From the human T2T-CHM13v2.0 reference genome, Homo sapiens: a stretch of 64,000 nt of DNA. The notes beneath the pieces are model-generated. The model was not told the origin of the DNA. It saw nothing but the letters and a program-made list of their open reading frames with translations, and made no database searches. Below are positions 35,923-50,069 of this stretch, one piece after another. The DNA lies in the NCBI RefSeq assembly GCF_009914755.1, contig NC_060937.1. One strand, given 5' to 3'. Every line of letters starts with the position of its first letter. Position 1 is the first letter of the stretch. Both the position numbers and the translations under genes were made by a program.

Positions 35923-38900
35923 TGAAGAGATATACACTCGATTAATTTGTTTTTGTGGTTTGTTTTATCCTTGATGCATTGTTGTAAATGATTAATGACA
36001 CAAGTCTTAACTTTTCTTCTTACCATAAACGATTGCCTAATAGTTTGTTTCTATTGTCTTAGTATTTACGGTTAAAATAATCACTGATAAAATTTTTAAC
36101 AAATTTTCATTGTTTTATTTAATGATATCCACAGTATGAATGCTTTTATTATTTTTCATGGTAACCATAGATTTTAAAAGATAATTAGTTCCAATTTATT
36201 CTCATGATATGTCTAACATGACTTTACATGAACATAAAGTGTAGCAACAGTACCTTATTTCCAGAGAGTTTTCTAGTTGAAAATCTACATCTATTGGTGG
36301 AGCTTCATAAAATAGACTAAAACCATGCAATTATGCCTTCCATGGTACCAATATTTGTATTCCTACAGCCTACTGCATGTAATGTCTGTTGTGCTGTTTA
36401 ACTGTCTTCTGATAGAGATTAGAAGAGGGAACTGTAACAGCTGAACTGCTAACCATGCTTTGGAGAGGAGAAGGCATAAAGGTTCCTTTTGTGATTTGAC
36501 TAATTAATATTTCAAGCAAATTTAATGGCATTTTATTAGTTTAGTGAAATGTTGAGTCTTCTTTCAAAAAGGAACATATGTAAAGTTATATACTAATTAT
36601 CAAACTTAGACATATTTTATGTTTGGATAGAAAATTATGCTGGTATATTTTTATAGATATTCTGTATTATTCTCAACCTTTATTGAGAGAGGGCTGCAAT
36701 TGTCAAAGGTACACGTATCTTCTGAGTAAAACTGCATAGGGGAGAGACTTTAGCACTTGCACTACAACAGGAAAATTGATAAAAGGATTACATATTTAGA
36801 ATAAAACTTTATTTCCTTCACAAACTAATATATCACTTATTAATGTGTGTATGAGCTATGGATACCAGCTAACATTCTATAGTGGTTTTACACTCATAAC
36901 TACCAGAGCAAGAAACCAAACATACCAACTTATTCTCACATAGGCACAGATACACAGAGATGCCTAAAGCCACTGAGCTGACAAGTTTCATTCTCAGCTG
37001 TGCTGTAATACATAAGTAGATTCTCAAGATTTTCTGCCCATATATGTAGCAGCATCTATTTCCTTATTTTGGATAATGTGAGAAAATATTTGTCATCTGA
37101 AATTACAGGCAGTCTATTAGAGAGATAACATATAACCTACAGGTCCACAAGCACAGACTCCATTGTATAAGCTGAATTCTAAGACATCATATTATGATGT
37201 AAATAAGGCATGACAGGAAACATCTCTCCTGCCTGACACCATCAAATCTTTTTTTGATATAAACAGATCATTTTGCTCATTTCTGAAATTAATACTATTG
37301 ATATAGTAAGGGCAGAATTTCTGATGAAAAAACTGAGCCTAGAATTTATTTTATACTTTGAGAGGCTTAGCAATTTGCAAATGTTACATTTTCTAGACTG
37401 GGATAACTACCTGCTGGTTGGAAGATAGTTCAAGGAACTGCAGGATCCAGAAATGGAAAATGTATGTTTTTGTAGAAGAGATGAGAACACAGTTTATGCC
37501 ATTTATTTTAGCAGCCATATTAAAATTTTTGTCCAGTTCTAGAACTGGGTACTTTGCATATAAATACATCCCAATTATAAATAACAACTACCCTACAATT
37601 TCTTCTGAGTTCTGAGTTATGAGTTATGGTGCCATCTTAAAGTGACATCTATAGAAATAGAGTATCATTCCTTTCCATTTGCCAGCATTTCTGTGTGCAG
37701 GTAAAATTGATATGCTGGTTTCCACCCCTCTAGATAATTTAAGTTTTACCTCGAGGTGAGAAAGCATATATTTTTGGATGATATTTATTTTAAATTTTGT
37801 AGAATTGCTACTGGGGGTGTGTTTGATAATGGCATATTTTCAGCTTTTATCAGAGAACATGACAGAAAATACATTCTTACTGCATTTATTGCAGAATATT
37901 ATTGACACCATTGTTTATTTTATATCACACAGCATCCTGATGTAAAATTCCACTTGAGAAATTTCCTGTTGAGTCAGTGCTAAGATGAACTTTGCTTCTT
38001 CTGACAATCTCGAATGTTTTCGATTCTTTTTGAAATTCAGAAATATGTAGATGTTTACTTCTCCCTTTTTTCCCATTGGTGACACATATTATAGTTTATT
38101 GCTTAACATATTAGTATATATGATTAATTTATTTCTGTACTTTCAAATTTAATATCCTACCTTTATTTATAAATGTATGGATTTTGACATAGTAAAAAGA
38201 ACTAGTTGTATGCCAGTCTTTAAAAAGCCATTATTGACTTCTAAATATTAAGACTGTCTATACAAGCTAAAGTTTATATGAAAACTGAATCCAGTAGAAC
38301 TTTCAGAATTATGATATTAAAGTCTATCTTTGAAAACAGAACATAGTTTGACCACTATTCTATTTTTTAAAAAATACATCTTTCTGTCTTAGTTTTTCTT
38401 CAACATACATCTTAGTTATTTGAAATTGATGTTGAATGAGATGGTTATATAGAGACTATTAAGGCAGGTAATCTTTCCTGAGCTGGTGAACATTGTTTTA
38501 TTGTCCTGTTTCCAACAAATAGTTGGGTCTGTCTGCTAATTTGTTTTCCCTTTTATATTAAAAGTACTTTATTGAGGTACAATTAATTTATGATTTACAC
38601 ACAATAAAATACTCAAATCTTAAATATAAGGCACAATGGATTTTGACATATGTTTACAACTGTTAAGAAATCTCTTCTATCCAGGGGGATATCTTTTCAA
38701 TACCCTTTCCCTGAGGTGTTCACTGTTCTGATAGCTATAACAATGATTTTCATCCTATCTGTTCTTAAACATGATGTAAAAGGAAACACACAGTATGCAC
38801 TCTTTCTTATTTGACTTTTACTCAACATAATGGTTTGAAGTTTATTCTCATTATCACACTTTGTGGCTTGTTCCTTCTTATGAGTAAGAATTCTATGATT

Positions 38901-40124
38901 TAATTAATCTACTATTTATGGACATTTGGATTGTTTACACTTTGGGGACACTATGAATAAAGCTACTGTAAATATTCTAGTAAAATACTTCATGTGGACA
39001 TATGCACTTATTTCTTTTGAATATGGCAGTGGCTTATAAGGTAGGTGTGTGTCAGACTTTGTCAGAAAGAACCTAACAGTAATAACAGTGCCATTTTGGA
39101 CTCCCATCAGCAATATATAAAAATTTTTAGTTGTTCCACACTTTACCATTTAAATATTGTCAAATTTTAAAACTTTATGCATTTGTTGTACATATCATAT
39201 TTTATCACAGTTTTAATTTTGCATTTATCTGATAATTAATACTTTTCATATGCACATTAGCCATATGGATATTTTGTAAAAATGTTCAAGATTTGCCATT
39301 TTATTGGACTGTTTGCATTTTCATTATTGATTAGTTGGATTTTTAGAAATTTTATTACATATAGTCTAAGTAAAAGTGCTTTGACAAGTGTTTATATATG
39401 CACACATGGGTATATGTACATATATGTATATATATGTCATTCATATATAAAATATTGCAGTGACCTTATCCTGTAGATAGCTTTCTAATTTGACAATTTA
39501 TTTCCCACTAGGAGGCATTTTATATTCAGAATAGCTTGGTAGAACATAATGTACATGAGATGGGACATTGTTATTAAAAGAAACTGTTTTCTTTTGGTGC
39601 TTCTAAGTTTTCTCCATTACTATGTAGATTGAAAATGTTTGTGTGACTTTCTTTCTCTACCCAGCCATTCCATAAATTGTAAATTGTAAATTCCAGGTGA
39701 TTTTCTTTTTGACAATAAGTGATTTGGAAAGATCAGATATATCTTACTAAGGAATCTCTTATTCCCCTAAAATAATTTTTTTTCTGTATCTTGCTTTTAG
39801 TAAATACCATTATTAACATGATCCCAAATAGGTCTGGTCAAAGTTAATAATTTCCTAGAATATTTCCCAGTGTGGAAAATGTCATAGATCCATTGCTAAC
39901 TCTTTACCAGTTGCATTTTTATTTTTATGCAATTCAAAATACTTCGAATTTCTATTGTAATGTCTTCCTAGACCCACTGAATACCAATAATTTAATTAAT
40001 TTTCAAATACCTGAAAATATCCCAGATATCTTCTTGTTATTGATTTATAATTTTTTCTGTTGTGAAGAGAAAACATTCTATATGATTCAAAGTCTTTGAA
40101 AGTATTCGATTCTTGCTTCATGAC

Positions 40125-40486
40125 TGCTACAGTTTGACTATATCCACCAAATTTCATATGTTGAAAACTTAAATTCAGATGTTGATGATATTTACAGGTG
40201 AGACCTTTGAGAGGTAATTAGAATGAGATAAGATCATTGGGGTGGTGCTTCCATGATCAGACTTGTGGCTTTATAAGAAGAGCAAAAGAATTCTGAGCTG
40301 GCAAGCTTTTGCCCTCTCCCCTATGATGACCTCTGCTGTTTATGATGCAACAGGAAGGCCCTTAACAGATGCCCATTCCATGGTTTTTGACTTCCCAGAC
40401 TCCAGAACCATGAACCTGATTAACTTCTATTGTTTATGGGCTAGCCTGTGGTATCCTGCTATAGCAACAGAAAACGGACTAAAACA
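40125..40486 (+). mobile_element. MSTC/MSTD-like solo LTR (ERVL-MaLR)
   Basis: TGCTACAGTTTG..GACTTCCCAGACTCCAGAACCATGA..ATAGCAACAGAAAACGGACTAAAACA. TSD ATGAC/ATGGC. Confidence 0.88.
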
Positions 40487-40971
40487 ATGGCTAATATATG
40501 GTTTTTTAGGGGGGTGGATACTCCATGTGCACTTTAAAAGAATGTGTATTAAGTAGTTATTTGCATAATGCTTTATGAATATCTATTCATTCAAGTCAGT
40601 TATTGGAATTATTTAAACCTCCTGTAAACTTATTTTCACTTGCTTATTTTACTTACTATTGAGAAAGTGGTGTTAAAAATCTCCAGTTATGACTGTATCT
40701 ACTTCTACTTTTAGTTCTCTCACTTTTTTTCATACCTTTGAAGCTATGTCATTAGATGCATACACATAGGAACATACACATTTAGGACTGTAATATCTTC
40801 AGGAAATGATACTTTTGTCATTACACTATGTCCATCTGTTTCTAGTAATACTTATTGTCTTAAAATCTATTTGTTCTGATATTAGTATAGCCACATCTGC
40901 TTTCTTTTCCTTTTTTATTGTATACACATTCATATTTTTATATTTAAGATGCCATTTGTGAAAAGCATGTA

Positions 40972-41211
40972 CATTTGACCATTGAACAAGTGTTTGAACT
41001 TTGTGGGTCAAAGATACACACACTTTTTTCAATAAAAGTTACACTGAGTGTGCCTGCCTCTTCTGTACCCCCTTCCACCTCCTCCACCTCTGCTACCCCT
41101 GAGACAATAAGATCAACCCCTCCTCTTCCTCCTCTTTCTTGACCTACTCAACATGAGGACAATGAGGATGAAGACCTCCCTAACTACTGTGTGTTGCTCA
41201 AGGGTCAACTA
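40972..41211 (+). mobile_element. Tigger2a-type DNA transposon, internally deleted
   Basis: TIRs CATTTGACCATTGAACAA / TTGCTCAAGGGTCAACT with TA on both sides; internal AAAGTTACACTGAGTGTGCCTGCCTC..GAGGATGAAGACCT. Confidence 0.88.
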
Positions 41212-41849
41212 TAGTTGTTTAGCTTATTTTTTATGTCAATCTAATAATCTCTATCTTTTGAGTGAATTCATTTGCATTTAATGTAATTGCTGATAATTTT
41301 GTCTATTATCTTGTACTTTGATTTTATTTCCTTCATCTTTTCATTAGTCCTTTGTTCTTTCCTAATATTCTTTGATAAAGTGAATTTTTTTCAGCATTCT
41401 AATTCATTATCTTTATTGACTTTTTAGTTACAAATCCTTTTTTAATATTCAGTGGTTATACTAGAGTTTAGTTTATATTGAATTAATATAAAAATTCCTG
41501 AACTATAAAAGAATTATATAATAGTATAATTTCATTTACCCTGTCATTCCAGTCTCTGTAATATTGTTATCATATATTTTACTTCTACATATATTTTTGA
41601 GCCACAAAAATGTTGTTATGCTTGCTTTAAATAACCAATAGTCTTTTTTCAAAAGACCATTATGTATTTACTCCTATATTTATCTTTTCAAGTACTTTTT
41701 ATTTCTTCTGGCATATCTGGGCCTTCGTCTTCTATAATTTTTCTATAGCATGAAATTTGCCTTAGCATTTTTTAAAGTACAGATCTGCTGGTAATAAGTT
41801 TTCTTCATCTTTTGTCTGAAAATGTCTCTATTTGGCTGTTATTTTCTAA

Positions 41850-42425
41850 ATACTTCTTGAGATATGGTTTATATAGATGCCATTACATTCCCTTATTTTA
41901 ATTATACACTTCAATAAATTTTAATAAATTTACAGGATTGTGTAACATTCTCATAGTCTATTTTCACTTTGATAAAAATCCCTCATGCCAATTTACAGCT
42001 AATCTTTCTTCCCAAACCCAGTTCCAGGCAACCACTAATCTATTTTGTTTCTATAAGTTTGCCTATATTAGACACTTCATACAAATGTAATCAAGCAATA
42101 TACTATTTTATGTCTGCATATAGCATAAATCTTTATAAATTTATTTCATGAGTAACATATCAGTATTTAACTGCTGTTTATTACTCAATAATATTTTATT
42201 CTATGGGTATACAAGTTTCTTAAATATTAATTTATCATTAATTAATGATTGACATCTGAGTCATTTCTATTTGTTGGTTATTTTGAATAGTGCTGCTATG
42301 AAAATTCATGTGAAAATGTTGGGGTAAACTTATGTGTTCATTTCCCTAGTTATATGCATAAGAATGGAACTGGTAGGTCACATAATGTATTTTTAAATTT
42401 TAAGTAAAATGCCAAATATTTTCCA
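41850..42425 (-). mobile_element. L1MB-like 3' fragment
   Basis: CCAGGCAACCACTAATCTATTTTGTTTCTATAAGTTTGCCTAT..GAATAGTGCTGCTATGAAAATTCATGTG. Confidence 0.75.
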
Positions 42426-42426
42426 A

Positions 42427-44281
42427 TATATCAATTTAATATGTAAAGTTTGATATTTTCTTATACATATACACAGTGAACAGATTATTATAGTCAAACT
42501 AACAATATCCATGTCTTCACATGGTTAACTTTTGTGTGTTTGTGGTGAGAACACTTAGGCTCTACTCTCAGTAAATTTTACATACACAATACAATATTAG
42601 TAATTGTAGTCTTCATGCTGTCCTTCACATTGCTAGAGGTTATTCATTTTACATAACTGAAACTTTGTATGCTTTAACTGACATCTCCCCATTTCTCCTT
42701 GCCTTTTCCTCTGGTAACCACCATTCTACTATCTGTTTTTGTAAATTCAACTTTTAGGATTCCACATATAAGTAATACTATGAATTTTTTTGTATCTGGC
42801 TTATTTTACTTATCATATTTTCTCAAGATTTATCTATGTTGTCACAAATGACAGGTTTTCTACTTTTAAAGGCTAAATAACATGGCATTGTATGTATATA
42901 TTCATGTATGTATGTTTTTAAACACACATACACACACACACACACCCCATTCATCCACTGATGGACAGAGACTGTTTCCATATCTTGCCTACTGTGGATA
43001 ATGCTGCAGTGAACTTGGGAGTATAGGTATCTCTTCAAAATACTAATCTTATATCATTTGGATATGTACCCAGAAGAGGGATTTCTGGTTTATACAGTTT
43101 TTAATTTTTTGAGAAACTTTCATACTGATTTCCATCATGGCTGTAGCAATTTACAGTCCCACCAGTAGTGTATACAAATTCCCTTTTCTTCATATCCTCA
43201 CCAATATTTGTTATCATTTTGTCTGTTTGATAACAGCCATCCTAGCAGGTATGAGATGATATCTTGTTGTAGTTTTGATTAGGATTTTCCTGATGATTAG
43301 TGATAATACTCACTTCTTCATATACCTATTCGCTATCTGTATGTCTTATCTGGAAAAGTGTCTATTCAAGTCGTTTGCCCATTTTTATGTTAACATTATT
43401 TGGGTTGTTGTTATTGACTTATATTGTCATTATGTATTATTTATGTATTGTGGATATTAACCCATTATCAGATATACGGTTTGAAAATATTTTCTCCCAT
43501 TCTGTAGGCTGTGCTTTCATTTTATTGATTGTTTCCTGTGCTGTGTAGAAGCTTTTTAGGTTAATGCATTCCCATGTGTTTACTTTTGCTTTTGTTGCCT
43601 GTAGTTTTGGTGCCAGATCCAAAAATTAATTACCAAGCCCAATACCAGATTGTAACTTACATTGTTTTTTTTTTTTTTTTCTAAATTTTAATGTTTTCAG
43701 ATCCTACATTTAGGTCACCCATTTCAAGTTAATTTTTGTGTATAGTGTAAGATAAAGTTCAAATTTTGCTCTTTTGCATGTGGATATCCAGTTTTCCCAA
43801 CATCTTTTATTGAAGAGCCTCTCTTTTCCTTATTATGTATTCTTGGTGCCCTTGCCAAAATTAGTTGATGAAATATGCGCTGGTTGATTGCTGGGCTCCC
43901 TATTCTGTCTTATTGGTCTACATGTATCATGGTTTTTACTGCCAGTAACATGCTGTTTTAATTACTATTATTTTGCAGTATAATTTGAAATAAAGATGTG
44001 TGATAACTTCAATTTTGTTGTTTTTTCTTCAGAATGTTTTGGCTATTCAGAACCTTTGTGGTTCAAGAAAAGTTTTAGGATTTTTTAAATATCTGTGAGA
44101 AAATGCTATTGGGATTTTGATAGTTATTGTACTGGATCTTACTTCAGTCTTGGTAGGTTGCATGTTTCTAGGAATGTATCCATTTCTTCTGCATTATCCA
44201 ATTTGTTTACATACAGTTGTTTATGTCCTTTTTTATTTCTGAGACATCCCTTGTAATGTCTTCATTTATTTTTATTTTACT
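42427..44281 (-). mobile_element. L1MA (MA8/MA9-like) 3' UTR and ORF2 3' part
   Basis: GTGGTGAGAACACTTA..CTCTGGTAACCACCATTCTACT. Reverse ORF 43437-43622 ([34 protein letters not shown]) resembles L1 ORF2p. Confidence 0.9.
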
Positions 44282-45139
44282 TTAGACTTACATAGGCTGG
44301 AAGTAAAAGGATGGAAAAAAGAGTCTCCACACAAAGGTAACTAACCAAAAAAGCAAGAGTGGCTCTACTTACTTACATTATATAAAACAATACAATACAA
44401 TACAATACAATAACAGGAGGCAAGTACGAGGTGTCAATAGCCTACTTTAAATAATGGATAGAATATTCAAACAGAAAATGAATAAAGAACAGTGGATTTG
44501 AACAATACTGTAGACCAAGTAAATGTAACAAAATATACAGAAATTTAGACCCAATGGCAAAAGGGTGTACATTCTTTTCAAGTGTACCCGAAATGTTCTA
44601 CAGCATAAATCACATTAGGTTACAAGTCTTAACAAAATTAGGAAGATTTGAAATCATACTGTAACATGTTGAATGAAACTAGAAATCAATAACAGCAAGA
44701 AAATGGGCTAATTCATAAACACAGGGAAACTAAATGACACATTACTGAACAATCATTTGGACAAAGAGGAATCAAAAGAGAATTTAAAAATATCTCTAGA
44801 CAAATGAAACAAATACATAGCTTACTAAAACTTATGGAATCAGCAAAAGCATTAGTATCAGGAGGATTTATGGTGATAAAAAACTGCATTTAAAAAGAAT
44901 GATCTCAAACAGTCAGAATGATCTCAAACAGTCTAACATTATAACTCAATGGATGAGTAAAAGAACAAATTAAGCCCAAAATTAGAAGAAGGAAATAATA
45001 AAGATCAGAACAGGAATGAATCAAATAGAGAATAGAAAAATCACCAAAACTGATCTTTTAAAAGATGAAATTTTAAAACCCTTCACAAGACTAAGGAAAA
45101 TAGTTATGCCTCAAATACATCACAAATGAAAAAGGAGAC
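44282..45139 (+). mobile_element. L1 ORF2 endonuclease-region fragment in inverted orientation
   Basis: GGAAGTAAAAGGATGGAAAAAAG..TTGAACAATACTGTAGACCAA..TACATTCTTTTCAAGTG..AAACTAGAAATCAATAACA..AAATGAAAAAGGAGAC. Confidence 0.88.
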
Positions 45140-46154
45140 TTTTTCCCTTTCCACACAGAAAACATATTCCATAATTTTCTACTTTCCATTTTTCTCCTGA
45201 CAAGTCAACTGTCATTCTTGCTGTTTTCCTGCATGTTTTGGATGTCTTAAGCTTTTCTATGTTTTATCAGTATTTAACAATTTTACTCTAATGTTTGTAG
45301 ATATAGTCTTCTTAAAAATTTGGACCTACTTAGGATCTGCTAAACTTCTTGAATATGTGGATTGATGCTACTTATTAAAAATTGAAAATTTCAGTTGTAT
45401 ATTTTCAATCTTTTTTTAGTAATTTTCTCTCTCCTCTCATTCTGGGACTATATATGTACACTTATTAGATTGTTTGATAGTGTCATTCTGAAACTGTGTT
45501 CTGTTTATTAATATACATTAGTGGTTTCTTCTCTTTTTCAATTTGGATGATGTCTATTTGACCTTTTGGTGAAATTATGTTTTTGCTTCAAACTGTATGC
45601 TATTAAGCTATCAATATATTCAACATTTCAGATATTTTATTTATCAAAATTAAAATTTTAACTTGTATTTTTTTAGTTTACATATCTCCTCTGAGGTACT
45701 CCATATCCTAAATTGTATAGATATATTCTTATTGTACTTAATTTCACATGTTTATAATAGTGATTGCATTAAGTCAGAGGTTTATAGAAGCTGAAACCCA
45801 GGAAAAAGAGCTACCATTTTCTAGCCAATGTCATTGTGGAGAAAGTAATTGTGATTTAGAAATCAAGAAATTTGCTGAATCTGTTGGAGTATTTTTGGGT
45901 AAAAGTAACAGAAAACCAAACTTCAACTGTATAAACAACAAATAGAACTCATTTACTCGTGTACTAAAAATATCCAAAAGTATTCAGGTATGAGGAAAAG
46001 TTTGATCAGATTATATAGGCACCAAATTTCCACTCTTTCACATTCTATTTCCTTCCTCTTCTGTGGTGTTGATGCAATTCTTGGCAGACTGTTCCCTCAT
46101 GTTAACAAATGACTGCCAGAAGCATCTGGGGTTCTCTCATTTACCTCTAGAAAT

Positions 46155-46735
46155 TCAATTAGTTTTCTATTGCTGTGTAACAAGTTGCCACAGACCTACA
46201 GATTAAACAATGCAAATTTATTCTTTCAGTTTCTGTAGGTCAGACATCCAGCAAGGAGTTTCTGGGTTCTTTGCTCTGGGTTTTAGGAGAGTGAATTCGA
46301 GATGTGAGCCAGACCAAGTTCTAATTTGTAAACTCTGAAGAAAAGTTATTGTCCAAGGTAATTCTCATTGTTGAAGAATTCAGTTCCTTGTGATGTAGGA
46401 CTGAGGCTGCCATTTTCTTGCTACATGTCAGATGTTCTCATCCCTTAGAGTCTACCCACATTCTTTACCATGTAACCCCCTCCATTTTTAAGCCAGTTAC
46501 ATGACAAATCCCTTCCATGCCTCTGATTTCTTTCTCTCCTACCAGCTTGAGAAAATGTTTTGCTTATAAAGGGCTTGTGTGATTAAGTTAGGTCAATCCA
46601 GATAATCTTCGTATCTTAATCTGATTAGTAGCCTTAATTACATTGGCAAAATCCCTACTGCTATGTAATTTAACAAGCCTGGAGTAACACTAAAAGATAG
46701 AAATCATGGGGGCCATTTTGTAATTCTGCCAAACA
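46155..46735 (-). mobile_element. MLT1E-like solo LTR
   Basis: ATTAGTTTTCTATTGCTGTGTAACAA..TTCTGTAGGTCAGA..GAATTCAGTTCCTTGTG..GTAGGACTGAGG..GGGGGCCATTTTG.AATTCTGCC. Confidence 0.85.
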
Positions 46736-46773
46736 TGGCAAGGTTACTTCCATGTAGCTCATTGTTTTCATCA

Positions 46774-47019
46774 TAGTTGACCCTTGGATGACATGCTTGG
46801 AACTGTGCAAGTCCACTTATATGCAAGTTATTTTTAATGTATACAGCAACCTTCTGTATTCATGGGTTCCACATCCAACAGTATTCACAGGATGCCAAAC
46901 TTGAATATAGTGAGGCCCATTTTTTCTATATGTGGGTTGCATGGACACTAAAGTATCTGCAGATTTTGGTATCTTAGGAAGCCTGGAACCAGTCCTTTAT
47001 GTATACTGAGGGGTGACGA
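46774..47019 (-). mobile_element. MER8-like (TcMar-Tigger) MITE
   Basis: Tigger2-type end AGTTGACCCTTG..GTCCACTTAT at left; MER2-type end GATTTTGGTATC..CCTGGAACCAGTCC..ATACTGAGGG at right. Confidence 0.8.
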
Positions 47020-48684
47020 TACTGCATCAATCACTGTTGCCAGAGAAATGGGATGTAATAATTGACTTTGAGCAATTATGGCTCATCTCATCTGTGTAGT
47101 CCAGAAAGGGAGTCCTCTTAGGTAGGGGAAAGAGAAACTAGACACTGAGAAGGTAACACACTGCACTTGAGTTCTGGTCCCAGTAGCACCAGTTACCAAC
47201 CATGTGGGTTTCAGCAGAAATTCTTTCAGATCGTGCACATTCACTAGTGTAAGCGTGCTGCACTTCTAAAAGCTGATCTTATAACTAGCACCAGAAGTCT
47301 GGACTTGGCCACTGGAACACTGTTTTCCTGAAAGATGAGAGAACTGCACACCCACAATATTCTTAGTGTTGCAGAGAAAGCCTTTCAGGACTTTCTATAC
47401 CCTTATTAATACTAGAGCACAAATTCAGATATTTTAAAATAAAAATTTTGTCATTTTACAGATACACTTTTTAAGCATATTGACTAATGGAATTTTAGTT
47501 TGCAGCTCATTCATCTTGGAGTATATAACAGGAAGATTGTTTGGCATTAGAAATTCCATCTGAACTTTATTTCATGTGAACATGTATGTGTATAATTTTT
47601 CTTTAAGATTAAAACATTAAGAAACATTCATAATGAGGTAACATTGATTATGCTTTGTCCTAGAAACATTTTTTGTCAATTTTCCAACTTTCTATTTGCT
47701 GGAGTAGACCTAAGACTAATTTCTAAAGGAAAAAAAAACTAAAAACTTCACCAAGCATACTTTTTAAATATCGTTTACTAGCCATACATTCAGGCAAAAA
47801 TCTTCATTAGACTTATTTTATGCTTATCCTTCTCGATTGATTGTTAATGAATGTAAGAAATGTGCTTTAATCCGAAGAACAGAAGTTTCTTTTTCCAGGT
47901 TCTTGTCAAATATAAACTCAAATTTCTTGATGTTTGATTATTAAATGCTCATTTTGAGATATCACATTTTTGAAATATTTCCTGAAGGCCACACAGCATA
48001 TGTTCTTCTAGGTGTCCTGAGTGTTACCTTTGAATCAAGTATAATCACAAGGGTCTATATACTGTATTGGCCAGGATTATTTCAACACCCTCTTAAGCTT
48101 ACTTTTACTGAATTATGATTTAGTACTAGGTTATTTAACCACATTGAAAGACTTCATCTGAAAGGGCAACGTGAAAAGTGTTATTATATGCAGTATAAAG
48201 AAGCATAGGGAAACATTGAGCTCTTTATTACATAAAGAATCCTCTTTATGAGAAACCAAATAAGAAATTTCCCTTTAGTGTACAAACCAATCAAGAATAG
48301 CTTTGCTTCTTCTGAAGAACTGATATGACTTCATATTCAGATCATTCTTTGGTCACCAGGAACCATATACATAGACTACCATCCCCCACCACTCTTCTAT
48401 AATACAATATGTCATGCATTTTTACCTACATATTCAATGCCAGAGTTGACTATTTTCTCTTTATACTGACTCTTAACTATATATCTTTTTATTAATGTAT
48501 TTTTGTAAAATGCCTCAAATCCTTTGTGAAATATAAAAGGGTACTTGAAGAACAAGTCAAATACTTTTATTTGTATTCTCATTTTCTATTTTATTTAAAG
48601 TTGATAAATTATGTGTTTTATGTAGTAGCTATTTAAAATATGTCCTTCATATATAAGTTAATACAAATATAAGTTAATACAAAT

Positions 48685-49405
<721 letters not shown>

Positions 49406-49410
49406 ATTAT

Positions 49411-49588
49411 TTTTTCTAAATTTTTAATTTAAATTTTATTCTAAGTTCCGGGGTACATGTGCAGGATGTATAGTTTTTTTACACAGGTAAACGTGTGCCA
49501 TGGTGGTTTGCTGCACCTATCAACCCATCACCTAGGTATTAAGCCTAGCATGCATTAGCTCTTTTCCCTAATGCTTTCCCCCAACCAC
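49411..49588 (-). mobile_element. 5'-truncated L1PA (PA8/PA10-like) 3' end
   Basis: GGGGTACATGTGCAGGATG..GTAAACGTGTGCCATGGTGGTTTGCTGCACCTATCAACCCATCACCTAGGTATTAAGCC. Confidence 0.92.
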
Positions 49589-49891
49589 TTTTTTTTTCCC
49601 CGAAGTACCAGGGAGACCCTGAAGGATCTTTATGGAAAGATATGAAGTCAAACAAATAGAAACATTTCTTGTATCTTCAACAGCTAACATTGTGTCTTGA
49701 TTGAAGTTACTAGATATTCAATTAATATTGGTTAAATTATTAGTGGGTCGAGAAGTACAGCTACATATTTCATTCATAATCTCCTTAACATGTTTCCTTC
49801 ATAAGCATTTCCATTCATGAACGCTGTTGGAAAGGGGAGACTGTTCTCTCTCTCCATTTCACCCTGTTTCTATTTCTGCTCATTCTTTTAG

Positions 49892-50069
49892 GTATTTTGT
49901 GGTGAAGATGAACTCTACAATCAGGTACTGCAATTTGAATGCTGGCTCCACAACTGATAAGGTACATGCCCTGGGACAAACCACACCACCTCTCAGAGCC
50001 TGTCACAAGGCAGTCAGGACATTTTAGGAGCAAACGCCTATGAAGCTCGTAAAAAGGGCTTGGCTTATG
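49892..50069 (+). ncRNA. Candidate non-coding (lncRNA or UTR) internal exon, 178 nt
   Basis: Long pyrimidine tract ending TTCTTTTAG at 49891; donor ATG|GTAAGA at 50070; stop codons in all three frames. Confidence 0.35.

Larger units (their letters stand above)
38560..45770 (-). mobile_element. Old L1M (L1MD/ME-like) in pieces, host to nested MST, Tigger2a and younger L1s
   Basis: 3' end TTTATTGAGGTACAATT.. at 38568; ORF2-like pieces at 39870-40970; 5'-region pieces at 41213-41850 and 45140-45770, all antisense. Confidence 0.7.
45885..47160 (-). mobile_element. Old MLT1 (J/K-like) LTR, interrupted by MLT1E and MER8
   Basis: AAGTAACAGAAAACCAAACTTCAACTG.. at the start; CAATCACTGTTGCCAGAGAAATGGGATG..ATTGAC after 47020. 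Confidence 0.6.

Noticed and set aside
43437-43622. ORF similar to L1 ORF2p C-terminal region
   Set aside because: A fossil L1MA fragment with stops and frameshifts around it; not a functional CDS.
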